Shown piece after piece: positions 36,913-46,322 of a DNA stretch of 64,000 bases. The position numbers and the translations under genes are program-made. The number at the start of each line of letters is the position of its first letter. Positions within the stretch are counted from its first letter, which is position 1. The notes below the pieces were generated by a model that worked only from the letters and a program-made list of their open reading frames with translations, did not search any database and was not told the DNA's origin. This stretch comes from a virus: IMG/VR virus record IMGVR_UViG_3300035162_004467, positions 1 to 64,000 of that record; one strand, written 5' to 3'.

Positions 36913-38022
36913 TCAATCAGTATAAAGCATAAGTTTATCTAAGTCAACGAAAATATCGTCTAAATTTTCTTCGCTGTTAGCTTCGAAAAGAGAGTGATAC
37001 GCTTTTCTATTCTTGAAGTAAATTGTATAAGATTTTATTTTTAAATTCTTTTTAGGCAGTTTTAGCTGTTTTTTATTTTTTTCTATTTTTTCAGATTCGT
37101 CAATTAGAGCGATCTGATCATCAAAAAACTTATACCTTTCCTCTTCGAGAGTTTCTTCGTTTGTGCAAAACAAACGCAAAGCAACTCCTTTCTTTTTAGC
37201 TTGTTCGATGAACTCTGCATCAAAGCGATCAGAGAAATAATTTATACAGTTTATGTTTTTTTGACTTAAAACTTGGTCCCCTAAAGGTTTGTTGGTAACG
37301 ATTGAAATTTGGTTGTCTTTGAATAAATGAAGAGTATTTTCTTCGTTATGAAGTAAATCAAACCTAAGGACTATCTTTTTGGAAGATGCATCATATTTAT
37401 GATCTGGTATAATATGAATGAATTCTTCTTTATATTTACCCCCAATAAAAATCGTTTTTCTAGAACTTTTATTTTTACCTAATTTTTTAAGAATAGCATT
37501 AGCTATTTGCTCTGGATTAATTAAGTTAATTTGTTTGGGGTTCTCTTTCAAAGAGTAGGATGGTTTCTTCCCATTTCTATGAGATTCAATTATCGCATGG
37601 TTCTTTTTCGAACCCCAAACTGGACTGCAAGTAGAGGCATGTGTGTGCGCGTATATCGCAACAATAGGCTTGTCAAAAGAAGAGGCAATGTGAACTGGCA
37701 AACTATCTATCCCAACATGCATAAGCCCATTCTTAATAATGTAAGCAGATTGCTTGATACTTTGAGTAGCAGCGAACTTTGTAACGTTTTTTATTTTTGG
37801 TTCTCCCCCAGAGCCTATTTGAATAAACTTAATATCTGGAGCTTTTTGCTTGACTAAAGATATAACCTCCTCCCAATAATCGTATTCTTTAGATTGAACT
37901 TTATTATCATTGTGAATGGTAATATAATTCTCTTCAAGAAGAGGAAAAAAATGAGGTTTAAAATGTGGTTCACCAATCTTAACTCCCAAATCTTTTGCGT
38001 AAACTTCTACTAGGTGGCTCAT
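36913..38022 (-). CDS. Glycosyltransferase, GT9 (heptosyltransferase)-like
   Basis: K.YDYWEEV, IQIG, HVGIDSLPVHIASSFDKPIVAIY. Confidence 0.75.
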   Translation of the reverse strand: MSHLVEVYAKDLGVKIGEPHFKPHFFPLLEENYITIHNDNKVQSKEYDYWEEVISLVKQKAPDIKFIQIGSGGEPKIKNVTKFAATQSIKQSAYIIKNGLMHVGIDSLPVHIASSFDKPIVAIYAHTHASTCSPVWGSKKNHAIIESHRNGKKPSYSLKENPKQINLINPEQIANAILKKLGKNKSSRKTIFIGGKYKEEFIHIIPDHKYDASSKKIVLRFDLLHNEENTLHLFKDNQISIVTNKPLGDQVLSQKNINCINYFSDRFDAEFIEQAKKKGVALRLFCTNEETLEEERYKFFDDQIALIDESEKIEKNKKQLKLPKKNLKIKSYTIYFKNRKAYHSLFEANSEENLDDIFVDLDKLMLYTD

Positions 38023-39731
38023 CTTAATCTAAATTGAATTTTATCTTTCCCGTTGTGGTTGTAGCTGTATGTTTTTTGAGTCATGCAGTGTGGTAAGAAA
38101 GCAATATCGAAAAGACCTTCGTGGTCGCCCCTACCCTCAAGTACATACATATTATCAAGAGAGTCAGAATATGGTATAACTTTGTGGACAAAAGGATTGT
38201 CATTTATAAGGTCATAAAATTCTGGCTGAGTAACGAAGAATATTTTTTTATTAGGATAAAGGTTATGCAGATTCTCCATCAGAGAGTTTGCCATTAATAC
38301 ATCTCCTGCTGACCTTGGAAGAACTACAGCGATTCTATCTTTGAGAGGCACATCTTTTAGGAAGTCTTCTAGTTTCGGTTTCTGAGCTTTCGGCTCTTCT
38401 TCCTTTTTCTTCTTTGTTCTTAATTCAACTGATTTAATAAAATGCTTTAATCTCTCTGTTGTGTTTTGAACTGAGAATCTTTCTTGAACATATTTTTTGC
38501 CAGTTTCAATGAGTTTTAATTTAGACTCTTCGTCCATTTCGTAAACTTGCTGTAGCCTCTCGCAAATACTATCTGGACATGTCGTGGCTTTGATGAACTG
38601 AGTGCTTGGTTCTCTATATTCATTCCAAGCTAAAGGAATCCCACCTTGATGCTCATATGCGGAGTCAGTCCCGCAAGAGTAGTCTGTAACGAGAGTAATA
38701 AGACCAGCGGCTTTAGCTTCTTGAATAGGTAGTTCTTGCCCTCCACTTGTAAATGGATGGCAGTAAACATCCATCATGTTGTATAGTTCATTTAACTCCT
38801 TCTCTCCTACCCCCTTACCGCTATTTTTAGTTTTTACAGATTTCTTAGAACCGCAAGAAGAGCAATCTTTATCTTCTCCAAAATATGGTTGAACAAAGTA
38901 GTCATCGCATTTGTGGCAGATATAAGTCGCCAAGACACTTTTATCTTCAAGATTCTTCTCTTTTAGGTATCTTGGAATATCCCACCCTTGTTGTTTCTCT
39001 CCCCAGTCTGTATGGAGTAGGAGTTTAGCTGATACCTCTGGATTTTTTGCTTTGAATTTTTTAAATCCTTCAAGTAGGTTTGGAACGGACTTCCTGAGTT
39101 GATTTTTGAAAACAAACCCAACCACAAAATCGTCTTTTAGCCCATGAAGCTCTCTTAGCTTATCTCTATCGTCTAGTGGCTTGAAATGGCTGTAATCTAC
39201 GGCCCCGTGGACAGTTTCCACTGTAGAATGCCCAAGTTCCTTCATTGCCTTCTCAGCAAAGCTAGCCCAAACTAGCATTTGATCACATTTAGGTTCCATG
39301 TCGATAGCTTGATCTAAAATCGGCAAGCTATCTAAAGTTGTCCAAATTATTTTCCTTGTTTCATCCCACCAAGATTTTTTTTCATAATCTCTAAACGCCC
39401 AAACATCTTCAATTCCTAAAAATACATCTGGCTTAACTTTTTCTACAATTTTGTCGATTGAATAGAATCCATATTGAGCAGCTCTCTTTCTTACTGGCTC
39501 CTTCTCTATTTCGATTAAAGTTTTCTGGTCCGAAGGATATGTCCCATAAGATTCCCAAGGCGTATAGATGTCTCTACCGTATGGGACTCCATTGGCAGCT
39601 TCTACTACTTCAATATCTGGATCATTATGAAGAGCTAAGAGAATATTTTTCATATTCTTCCCAAACCCCGTTACCATACGGGAATAATTAGATTGAACTA
39701 ATACTTTAATTTTAGAAGGGGACATCATCAT
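38019..39731 (-). CDS. Glycosyltransferase, GT4-like, with a Zn-ribbon insertion and a C-terminal GT9-N-like domain
   Basis: TGFG, HGAVD, NQLRKS, YNMMDVY...GGQELPIQEAKAAG. CHKC...CSSC insertion. SAGDVLM...NPFV at the C-terminus. Start uncertain (39725-39743). Confidence 0.8.
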   Translation of the reverse strand: MMMSPSKIKVLVQSNYSRMVTGFGKNMKNILLALHNDPDIEVVEAANGVPYGRDIYTPWESYGTYPSDQKTLIEIEKEPVRKRAAQYGFYSIDKIVEKVKPDVFLGIEDVWAFRDYEKKSWWDETRKIIWTTLDSLPILDQAIDMEPKCDQMLVWASFAEKAMKELGHSTVETVHGAVDYSHFKPLDDRDKLRELHGLKDDFVVGFVFKNQLRKSVPNLLEGFKKFKAKNPEVSAKLLLHTDWGEKQQGWDIPRYLKEKNLEDKSVLATYICHKCDDYFVQPYFGEDKDCSSCGSKKSVKTKNSGKGVGEKELNELYNMMDVYCHPFTSGGQELPIQEAKAAGLITLVTDYSCGTDSAYEHQGGIPLAWNEYREPSTQFIKATTCPDSICERLQQVYEMDEESKLKLIETGKKYVQERFSVQNTTERLKHFIKSVELRTKKKKEEEPKAQKPKLEDFLKDVPLKDRIAVVLPRSAGDVLMANSLMENLHNLYPNKKIFFVTQPEFYDLINDNPFVHKVIPYSDSLDNMYVLEGRGDHEGLFDIAFLPHCMTQKTYSYNHNGKDKIQFRLR

Positions 39732-40302
39732 CGTCGTCCTCAACTACGGACGCTTTAGGTGCAGATTTCTGATAAGTTTTTTGTGACTGTTCCTGTTTAT
39801 AATCCTTCTTGTAAGCTTCTGATTGAGCAATCAGGCTTTCTTTAATATACCCTTCAAGGAGAACCGCTAAACATTCAGCTTCTCCAGCTTCAATTGGTAG
39901 CTTGAAGAATTGTGAAGAGTTTTTTGTAATAGTTAAACCCCAAGCTGGAGATTTGAAGGTTTCTTGGCCATCTTTGTTCTTGATAATGCGATTTTTATCC
40001 CAAGGAGTAAATTTAATGATGGTGGTTTTTTCTTCTGTTTTATGAAAGCCCACAAAAGGAATGCGTGTTTTCATGCAAGACAGGAATTCGCCAGCTTCAT
40101 TTTCTGTTAACTTAATCGTAGTTGACTTATCTGGATTTTTAGCATTTTGCTTAAAAGAGCCTGTTTTCGTCTGATCATTCCAACTGTGTTGTAGGATCAT
40201 TGAAACAAAAAGTACAGACTTCCCATTTCTGTCTTTAGTAGAATCAAAAGTGAAAGCAGATCCAGTATTCTTAGCATTTGGCTTATAAAGTGTAAATTTC
40301 AT
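39712..40302 (-). CDS. Putative single-stranded DNA-binding protein (non-OB, PC4/Whirly-like) with SSB-type acidic tail
   Basis: C-terminus EDDDDDVPF. Two beta-beta-beta-beta-alpha-like repeats ending L.E.EA. Confidence 0.6.
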   Translation of the reverse strand: MKFTLYKPNAKNTGSAFTFDSTKDRNGKSVLFVSMILQHSWNDQTKTGSFKQNAKNPDKSTTIKLTENEAGEFLSCMKTRIPFVGFHKTEEKTTIIKFTPWDKNRIIKNKDGQETFKSPAWGLTITKNSSQFFKLPIEAGEAECLAVLLEGYIKESLIAQSEAYKKDYKQEQSQKTYQKSAPKASVVEDDDDDVPF

Positions 40303-40340
40303 AGAAAAAGTGTATTCTTATTTAGATAATCTATTGTAAC

Positions 40341-41333
40341 ATGGCATTTACTAAAATTCAACCACAACAATTACAATTACCTACTTTTACTAGTCCTAGT
40401 GGTGATTTTTCATTTACTGATCTCTCCACTGGAATCCAGATCAATTTAGATAGGACTATCACTGGTCCAATGGTCATCACTGAACTCAAAACCAGTGCAG
40501 AAACAACTATTCTTACTGTCGCAGATAATAATTCATTTTCGGAAAATTCAATTTGCATTGCTGGCGTGAACAATCGTGTTTCAGGAGATAATAATGTTTT
40601 ATTAAACGGACGATCCACAACTGAATTTTCAGGATCATTTAACACTCTTGTTAACGGAAAATCAGTTAATTTTGGGGCGAGTGGACAGCAAAATACAATT
40701 TTAGGTGGAGACGGAGTCTCTTTTGCCGATCAAGTCACAGGATCAGTGATATTAGCTGATCACGAGACAGCTGTAACTAATAGCACGAATCATTCTTTAA
40801 TGGTTTCTTTTGAAAGCGGGGTTACCTTCCAAAATGGTGATGTCCAATTCAATGGTGATAATGCTAATTTTAGCTCCCATCTAAAAGTTGATTCAAGTCA
40901 CTCTGGAATATTTAGCGGAAATTGCTCTATAGGAGGGGCTCTAGATGTACACGATCTGATTGTTACTGGAGCCACTCAATTTTCTGGATCTGTTGATATG
41001 GATGATCCAGTAAGATTTCACGACAGTGTACTTTTACAAGACTCTTCGGAAGCAGCATCACAGACTTGGGTTAACGAAACGGGAGTTAAGTTGCTAATGG
41101 GCGCACCCGGAAATTCAGCTTTAGCGCCTTACTTAAATACTGCGGTTGGAACTAGTTTCGGAACGAACGCTTTTTCTAAAATGGGTACGAATGATACCTT
41201 GTCAGGCCATTTATTAGTAGATACTATTGGAGACCCAGACAAGGCAAGATTAGTATTCACCTGCCATGGATTTACAGGAGTAATTGCTTTTGACGCTTTC
41301 CAAACTGGAGCGATTCCCGAACACTTTCCTTAG
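40341..41333 (+). CDS. Putative virion fibre/beta-helix protein
   Basis: G.NN.V.G / N.IL.G beta-helix-like repeats. 16 SG/TG dipeptides. Lone plus-strand gene in a minus block. Confidence 0.55.
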   Translation: MAFTKIQPQQLQLPTFTSPSGDFSFTDLSTGIQINLDRTITGPMVITELKTSAETTILTVADNNSFSENSICIAGVNNRVSGDNNVLLNGRSTTEFSGSFNTLVNGKSVNFGASGQQNTILGGDGVSFADQVTGSVILADHETAVTNSTNHSLMVSFESGVTFQNGDVQFNGDNANFSSHLKVDSSHSGIFSGNCSIGGALDVHDLIVTGATQFSGSVDMDDPVRFHDSVLLQDSSEAASQTWVNETGVKLLMGAPGNSALAPYLNTAVGTSFGTNAFSKMGTNDTLSGHLLVDTIGDPDKARLVFTCHGFTGVIAFDAFQTGAIPEHFP

Positions 41334-41358
41334 GCGCATCAATATCTTCTCCAACATC

Positions 41359-41742
41359 TTAATCAAGATCTATCTTTATCTTGGGAGTTCCGATAGCCTT
41401 TTGTTTGTCGGACATGTGCTTTTTGCCCACTTTCTTTTCGTAGTCATTAAAAGCTTTCCTTTTGACTGGATCTTCTCCACCGTTAGCTCCTGCCCTTTTC
41501 TCTGACAATTCTGAGGAATAATCCAGAACATCACCTATAGTTCCTTTCATTTTGCCAGTTTTCTCTACAAACCCATTGTGATCCCAAGCGTCATCTTTAG
41601 TGTCAATTGATGCATGAGGGGCTATAAATACTCTTTTCCATTCTAGGCCGAACTCATCAATATGGATGTGTTCTTCATTCATTCCTTGAACGACTTCTTT
41701 GTGTTCTCCTGTCTCTGGGTGTTTGTAGATATAAATGGCCAT
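41359..41742 (-). CDS. FmdB-like protein lacking Cys ligands
   Basis: MAIYIYKHPETGEHKEVVQGM aligns by eye with MP.YEY.C..CG..FE. Confidence 0.55.
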   Translation of the reverse strand: MAIYIYKHPETGEHKEVVQGMNEEHIHIDEFGLEWKRVFIAPHASIDTKDDAWDHNGFVEKTGKMKGTIGDVLDYSSELSEKRAGANGGEDPVKRKAFNDYEKKVGKKHMSDKQKAIGTPKIKIDLD

Positions 41743-41743
41743 A

Positions 41744-42826
41744 TTAGTAGATTTTTTCTAGAATTTTTTCAATACTTTTTTCGTAAGTAAACTCTTTCTG
41801 CAATTTTAATCCCTCTGTATTTTCTGATTTAGCCATCTGGACGGATTGATCAATTGATGCTGAAATCTGCTCTCCGTTGAGTCTGTAATATTCTCCTTGA
41901 TTGAATTTAGCTCCTTGGTGGAAAAAGATATTATCATAGCAGGGTTGTTTGCCTATAGGATTTAAAAGTAAAGAATTATTTTCATTAGCCCAATCTTTAT
42001 GTGAGCTGCAATTACTGACTATAGACCACTTCCCCAAAGCTGTTGCATTAAATGCTGGCAAGTTCCAACCCTCTCCATTGGATAAACCAGACAAGTCAAT
42101 ATCAATTGAATTGATTAAATCATTTACCTCGCTGTTTGTTTTAAGTCGGGGCAAAAAGTTTACATTTGAATATTTTTGATTATTCGTCGCTTGAACGCAC
42201 ATTTGATGCATTTGTTCTTTTTTTAAGAACGGGTTTCCGACTAAACAAGTTAGTTGATACCTTGGATTGTTACCAAATTTATTACACCATAGCTGTATGA
42301 GAGCTTGGGTGTTTTTTCTACGTTCCATCTTCCCAATAAGTCCAAAATGTATTATATCCTCACCAAGGTATTCTTTATTTGTCTTGTGGAAGTCTGGGTC
42401 AAAACCAAGGGGGACATAGGACACATTATTACACCCCTTATCCTTAAATGATTGAGCAGCCTCAGAGCAAGAAAAGAAAACATGGTTTTGAGCTTTTACA
42501 ATGCTAACCTCCTCTTCTGTAGGAGAGTCCACTTCATAAAAAGTATATAAAAATTGATTATCTCCGATCTTTTTTTCTGATCCGTTAATATGCCAAACTT
42601 TTAGAGTGGGGGTTGACCTATCTAAACGACTTACCGCTTTGTCGGCATTTTGAGTTATGTAGTCTTGGTCTTCTTTTGATAACTTGTCAAAGGCTGAGAA
42701 GTCTAAATTGCCTATTGGGAAGATGTTTAGATCTAAATCTTTTTTCTTTAATTGCCTAAGAAAGTTTAAAGAAACATTCCCTAAGCTTAAAGAGTTGAAT
42801 GGTGCATTGAGGTTCAGCTTATGCAT
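41744..42826 (-). CDS. Glycosyltransferase, GT4-like
   Basis: VPLGFD, IGKMERRKN, SNGEGWNLPAFNATALG. Confidence 0.8.
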   Translation of the reverse strand: MHKLNLNAPFNSLSLGNVSLNFLRQLKKKDLDLNIFPIGNLDFSAFDKLSKEDQDYITQNADKAVSRLDRSTPTLKVWHINGSEKKIGDNQFLYTFYEVDSPTEEEVSIVKAQNHVFFSCSEAAQSFKDKGCNNVSYVPLGFDPDFHKTNKEYLGEDIIHFGLIGKMERRKNTQALIQLWCNKFGNNPRYQLTCLVGNPFLKKEQMHQMCVQATNNQKYSNVNFLPRLKTNSEVNDLINSIDIDLSGLSNGEGWNLPAFNATALGKWSIVSNCSSHKDWANENNSLLLNPIGKQPCYDNIFFHQGAKFNQGEYYRLNGEQISASIDQSVQMAKSENTEGLKLQKEFTYEKSIEKILEKIY

Positions 42827-43406
42827 TTTTTTTAATTTGTTTTTTAAATTCTTGTAGAGACTTGTGGTGTATGTTTATACATCCTTGGGCAGATATGCCG
42901 ATCTTATCTCCAATATTCTTCCAAGTGTTGAGTTTACCTCTCTCTCCTCCGAAATATCTTTCTTTAAAAATAATTTTTACTCTTTCGTCACGATGGTTAT
43001 TTATCAAGTCAATGATTGCGGTGAAGCTTTCTCTGATTTGACAGCTTTGATCTGGGTGTAAATCCTTAGACTCTTCAGAATAATCAATAGAATCGAAAGA
43101 CAGAGTGTTTTTGTTTTTTTTCCTAGCAGTCTTTCTGCTTAAACAGAGGTATTTGGCTTTATTGCCAACATGGGTCGAAAATTTAGCTTTATTTTCATCA
43201 TAATCTAAAGCTGCCTTATAGATAATATAATCTTTGTCGTTGATAATATCGGCTATGTCATTGGTGGGAAGAGACTTGGATGCGTACCTCCTAACCATAT
43301 CAATGTATATGCCAGAGTGTCTGCATATTAAAAGATTTAATGCTTCCTCGTGATCTTCCTCTTTGATCAAGTTTGTTAATTCGGGGTCGGTAGATTGATT
43401 ATCCAT
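42819..43406 (-). CDS. Second phage sigma70-family factor
   Basis: EALNLLI...YKAALDYDENKAKFSTHV (region 2). IIFKERYF...TWKNIGDKIGISAQ (region 4 HTH). Confidence 0.78.
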   Translation of the reverse strand: MDNQSTDPELTNLIKEEDHEEALNLLICRHSGIYIDMVRRYASKSLPTNDIADIINDKDYIIYKAALDYDENKAKFSTHVGNKAKYLCLSRKTARKKNKNTLSFDSIDYSEESKDLHPDQSCQIRESFTAIIDLINNHRDERVKIIFKERYFGGERGKLNTWKNIGDKIGISAQGCINIHHKSLQEFKKQIKKNA

Positions 43407-43463
43407 GCTTAACTATGGATTATGCTAGGGGTATTCTGGTAAAAATCAAGTAATTTTTTTTTG

Positions 43464-43620
43464 TTGACGGATTTTTTTCCACCAATAGAATAGACGTATT
43501 GGAAGCCGCATCAGTAAGGATACGAACCTTTGCAGTACAGTAAGGATGCGTAGTAAAGATACGTATTCTATTAATACTCACTTCGTTCGCATTAATAGAA
43601 TAGCTTCGCCAGATTTTTTC
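43464..43620 (+). other. Structured intergenic element (promoter, three 12-bp direct repeats, 12-bp perfect hairpin)
   Basis: TTGACG-16-TAGAAT. AGTAA(G/A)GAT(A/G)CG at 43513, 43539 and 43552. TATTCTATTAAT (43564) / ATTAATAGAATA (43591). Confidence 0.55.
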
Positions 43621-43665
43621 ATTTTTTCCTTGCCTATCAACTCCGCTGGTGTAATTAGATAGGAA

Positions 43666-44637
43666 ATGATTTTTGAAGAGCAAGTATCACGCAAGCCTGA
43701 CCACTATTCTTGGGCAGGAGATTTTATCGAAGCAATGCACAACGGGTTTTGGACCGACAAAGAATTTAGTTTCACCTCTGATTTGCAAGACTTCAACGTG
43801 TCATTAAGTGAGCAGGAAAAAGAGATCATTGTCAGGACTCTTTCAGCTATTGGGCAGATCGAAGTCGCTGTTAAAAAGTTTTGGAGTAAGTTGGGAGATA
43901 ATTTGCCTCACCCATCATTGAGTGATTTGGGATTTGTTATGGCGAACGTAGAAGTTATTCACAATAATGCTTACGAGCGGTTGCTTCAGGTGTTGGGCTT
44001 AGAAGAAGTATTTGAGGAGAACCTAAAATTAGATTTTATTGAGGGGCGGGTGAATTATTTGCGGAAGTATACGCACAAGTTTTATAAGAATAGTAAGAAG
44101 CAATATGTTTATGCCTTAATTCTATTCACCCTTTTTGTGGAGAATGTGTCGTTGTTTTCCCAATTTTACGTTATAAACTGGTTTGCCCGTCATAAGAATG
44201 TATTAAAGGACACTGATCAACAAGTTAAGTATACTCGTAACGAAGAGAACCTCCATGCTTTTGTCGGAATGAAGATAATTAATACCATCCGCGAAGAACA
44301 TCCTGAGCTTTTCGACGAAGAGTTAGAAGCGCGTGTTCTTGATGAAGCCCAAGAAGCTTTCAATGCTGAAAGCAAGATTGTAGATTGGATGATTAATGGT
44401 ATTCGTGAGAAAGGATTAAACGCAATTGTACTCAAGGAGTTCATTAAAAATAGAATTAACGATTCTTTGGATAAAATAGGCTTCAAACAAGCTTTTGATG
44501 TTGACAAAAATCTGCTGAAAGATACCATCTGGTTTGAAGAGGAGTTGCTTGGAAATAATGCCACTGACTTCTTTTATGCTCGACCAGTCGAGTATTCAAA
44601 AAATTCGCAGACGTTCAACGCCGACGACTTGTTTTAA
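43666..44637 (+). CDS. nrdB: Ribonucleotide reductase beta subunit, class Id (NrdBi)-type
   Basis: FW, IGQIEVAVK (E66, K70), EVIHNNAY (E96, H99, Y103), VENVSLFSQF, EENLH, DFF...VEY. Confidence 0.9.
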   Translation: MIFEEQVSRKPDHYSWAGDFIEAMHNGFWTDKEFSFTSDLQDFNVSLSEQEKEIIVRTLSAIGQIEVAVKKFWSKLGDNLPHPSLSDLGFVMANVEVIHNNAYERLLQVLGLEEVFEENLKLDFIEGRVNYLRKYTHKFYKNSKKQYVYALILFTLFVENVSLFSQFYVINWFARHKNVLKDTDQQVKYTRNEENLHAFVGMKIINTIREEHPELFDEELEARVLDEAQEAFNAESKIVDWMINGIREKGLNAIVLKEFIKNRINDSLDKIGFKQAFDVDKNLLKDTIWFEEELLGNNATDFFYARPVEYSKNSQTFNADDLF

Positions 44638-46284
44638 ATGACTGATTACTATTGGCTAAATGATAAATCAAGGTTATTCCTTGAGCGGGGATATCTTGAA
44701 AAAGGAGAAACTCCAGAACAGAGGATTCGTGATATTGCAGATACTGCCGAAGCGTATCTCAATATGGACGGGTTTGCTGACAAGTTCGTAAGTTATATGA
44801 AGCGGGGGTTTTTCTCTCTAGCTTCTCCTGTATGGTCTAATTTTGGTCGTGATCGTGGCTTGCCTATATCTTGCAATGGAGTTTATGTGCCAGATAGGAT
44901 GGATGGCATTTTAGCTAAACAGTGTGAGGTGGGCATGCAGACAAAGTATGGCTCAGGGACATCTGCTTACTTCGGAGATCTTCGCGAGCGTGGCGCACCA
45001 ATCAATTCTGGAGGAGAATCTTCTGGGGCCGTCCATTTTATGGAACTGTTTGATAAGGTCGCTGCTGTTGTTTCTCAGGGGAATGTTCGTCGTGGTTCTT
45101 TCGCGGCTTATCTCCCTATCGAACATCCTGATGTAAAAGAGTTTCTCCGCATTAAGAGTGAGGGTAACGCTATTCAAGAGATGTCTTTCGCTCTTACTGT
45201 AACTGATGATTGGATGGAAAGCATGATTGATGGTGATCAAGAAAAGCGTCAGCTTTGGGCTTCTATAATCAGAAAGCGTTTCGAGACTGGGTATCCATAC
45301 ATCTTTTTTCAAGACACTGCGAATAAGAATGCGCCTGATTGTTATAAAGACAAAGGCATGAAGATTTATGCTTCTAATCTTTGCAACGAGATTAGCTTGC
45401 CGTCTAAAGAAGATGAGTCTTTTGTTTGCTGTTTATCCTCTTTGAATCTAGTTAGATGGGATGATATTATAGAGACTGATGCCATTGAAATCTTAGTCAA
45501 GTTCCTTGACGCAGTAATGGAGGAATACATCCTGAAAACAAATAATATGCCGTTCATGGAGTCTTCCCATAACTTTGCCAAGCGTCACAGAGCTTTGGGC
45601 ATGGGAGTTCTTGGTTGGCACTCTTACCTACAAAGCAAGATGATCAGCTTTGAAAGTATGGAGGCTAAAATGCAAAATAGTTCTATTTGGAAGACTATCC
45701 GTCAACGTGCAGATAAGGCTACAGAAGAATTGGCTCAAGAGTTAGGGGAACCTATGTATTGTGAGGGCTATGGTCGTCGGAATACCACCACCCTAGCTAT
45801 CGCCCCGACTACAAGTAGCTCGTTTATCTTGGGTCAGGTTTCTCCGTCTATCGAACCTCTCAATGGTAATTATTTTACTAAAGCCCTCGCCAAAGGTAAA
45901 TTCACCTTTAGGAATCCTTACCTCAAAACCCTCTTGGCCGAGAAGGGTAAAGATAATGACGAAGTTTGGATGAGTATTCTAGGAACAGGAGGGTCAGTGC
46001 AGCATTTATCCTTCTTTTCTGAGGAAGAGAAGGAAGTATTCAAAACTTTTGGAGAGATCAGCCAAAAAGAAATTGTTATTCAAGCAGCCCAAAGACAAAA
46101 GTATATTGATCAAGGGCAATCTTTAAATCTCATGGTTGCTCCTAAAGCTCCCGCGAAAGAAGTGAACCAGCTTCTAATTTATGGATGGCAGAATGGCATC
46201 AAAGGATTCTATTATCAGAGAAGTGCTAACCCTAGCCAAGAACTAGCAAGATCCATGATGGAATGTAAATCTTGTGAAGGGTAA
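44638..46284 (+). CDS. nrdA: Ribonucleotide reductase alpha subunit (no ATP cone)
   Basis: SPVWSN, PISC, QGNVRRG, SNLCNEI, CCLSS, APTTSS, DQGQS, C-terminal YY and CKSCEG. Confidence 0.93.
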   Translation: MTDYYWLNDKSRLFLERGYLEKGETPEQRIRDIADTAEAYLNMDGFADKFVSYMKRGFFSLASPVWSNFGRDRGLPISCNGVYVPDRMDGILAKQCEVGMQTKYGSGTSAYFGDLRERGAPINSGGESSGAVHFMELFDKVAAVVSQGNVRRGSFAAYLPIEHPDVKEFLRIKSEGNAIQEMSFALTVTDDWMESMIDGDQEKRQLWASIIRKRFETGYPYIFFQDTANKNAPDCYKDKGMKIYASNLCNEISLPSKEDESFVCCLSSLNLVRWDDIIETDAIEILVKFLDAVMEEYILKTNNMPFMESSHNFAKRHRALGMGVLGWHSYLQSKMISFESMEAKMQNSSIWKTIRQRADKATEELAQELGEPMYCEGYGRRNTTTLAIAPTTSSSFILGQVSPSIEPLNGNYFTKALAKGKFTFRNPYLKTLLAEKGKDNDEVWMSILGTGGSVQHLSFFSEEEKEVFKTFGEISQKEIVIQAAQRQKYIDQGQSLNLMVAPKAPAKEVNQLLIYGWQNGIKGFYYQRSANPSQELARSMMECKSCEG

Positions 46285-46322
46285 AATTCCCCAAGATTCT
46301 GGATCGTGTATATACATGCACT

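Noticed and set aside
43420-43683. 87-aa minus-strand ORF in the sigma/nrdB gap
   Set aside because: It overlaps the nrdB start and crosses promoter, repeat and hairpin DNA, and has no protein-like features.
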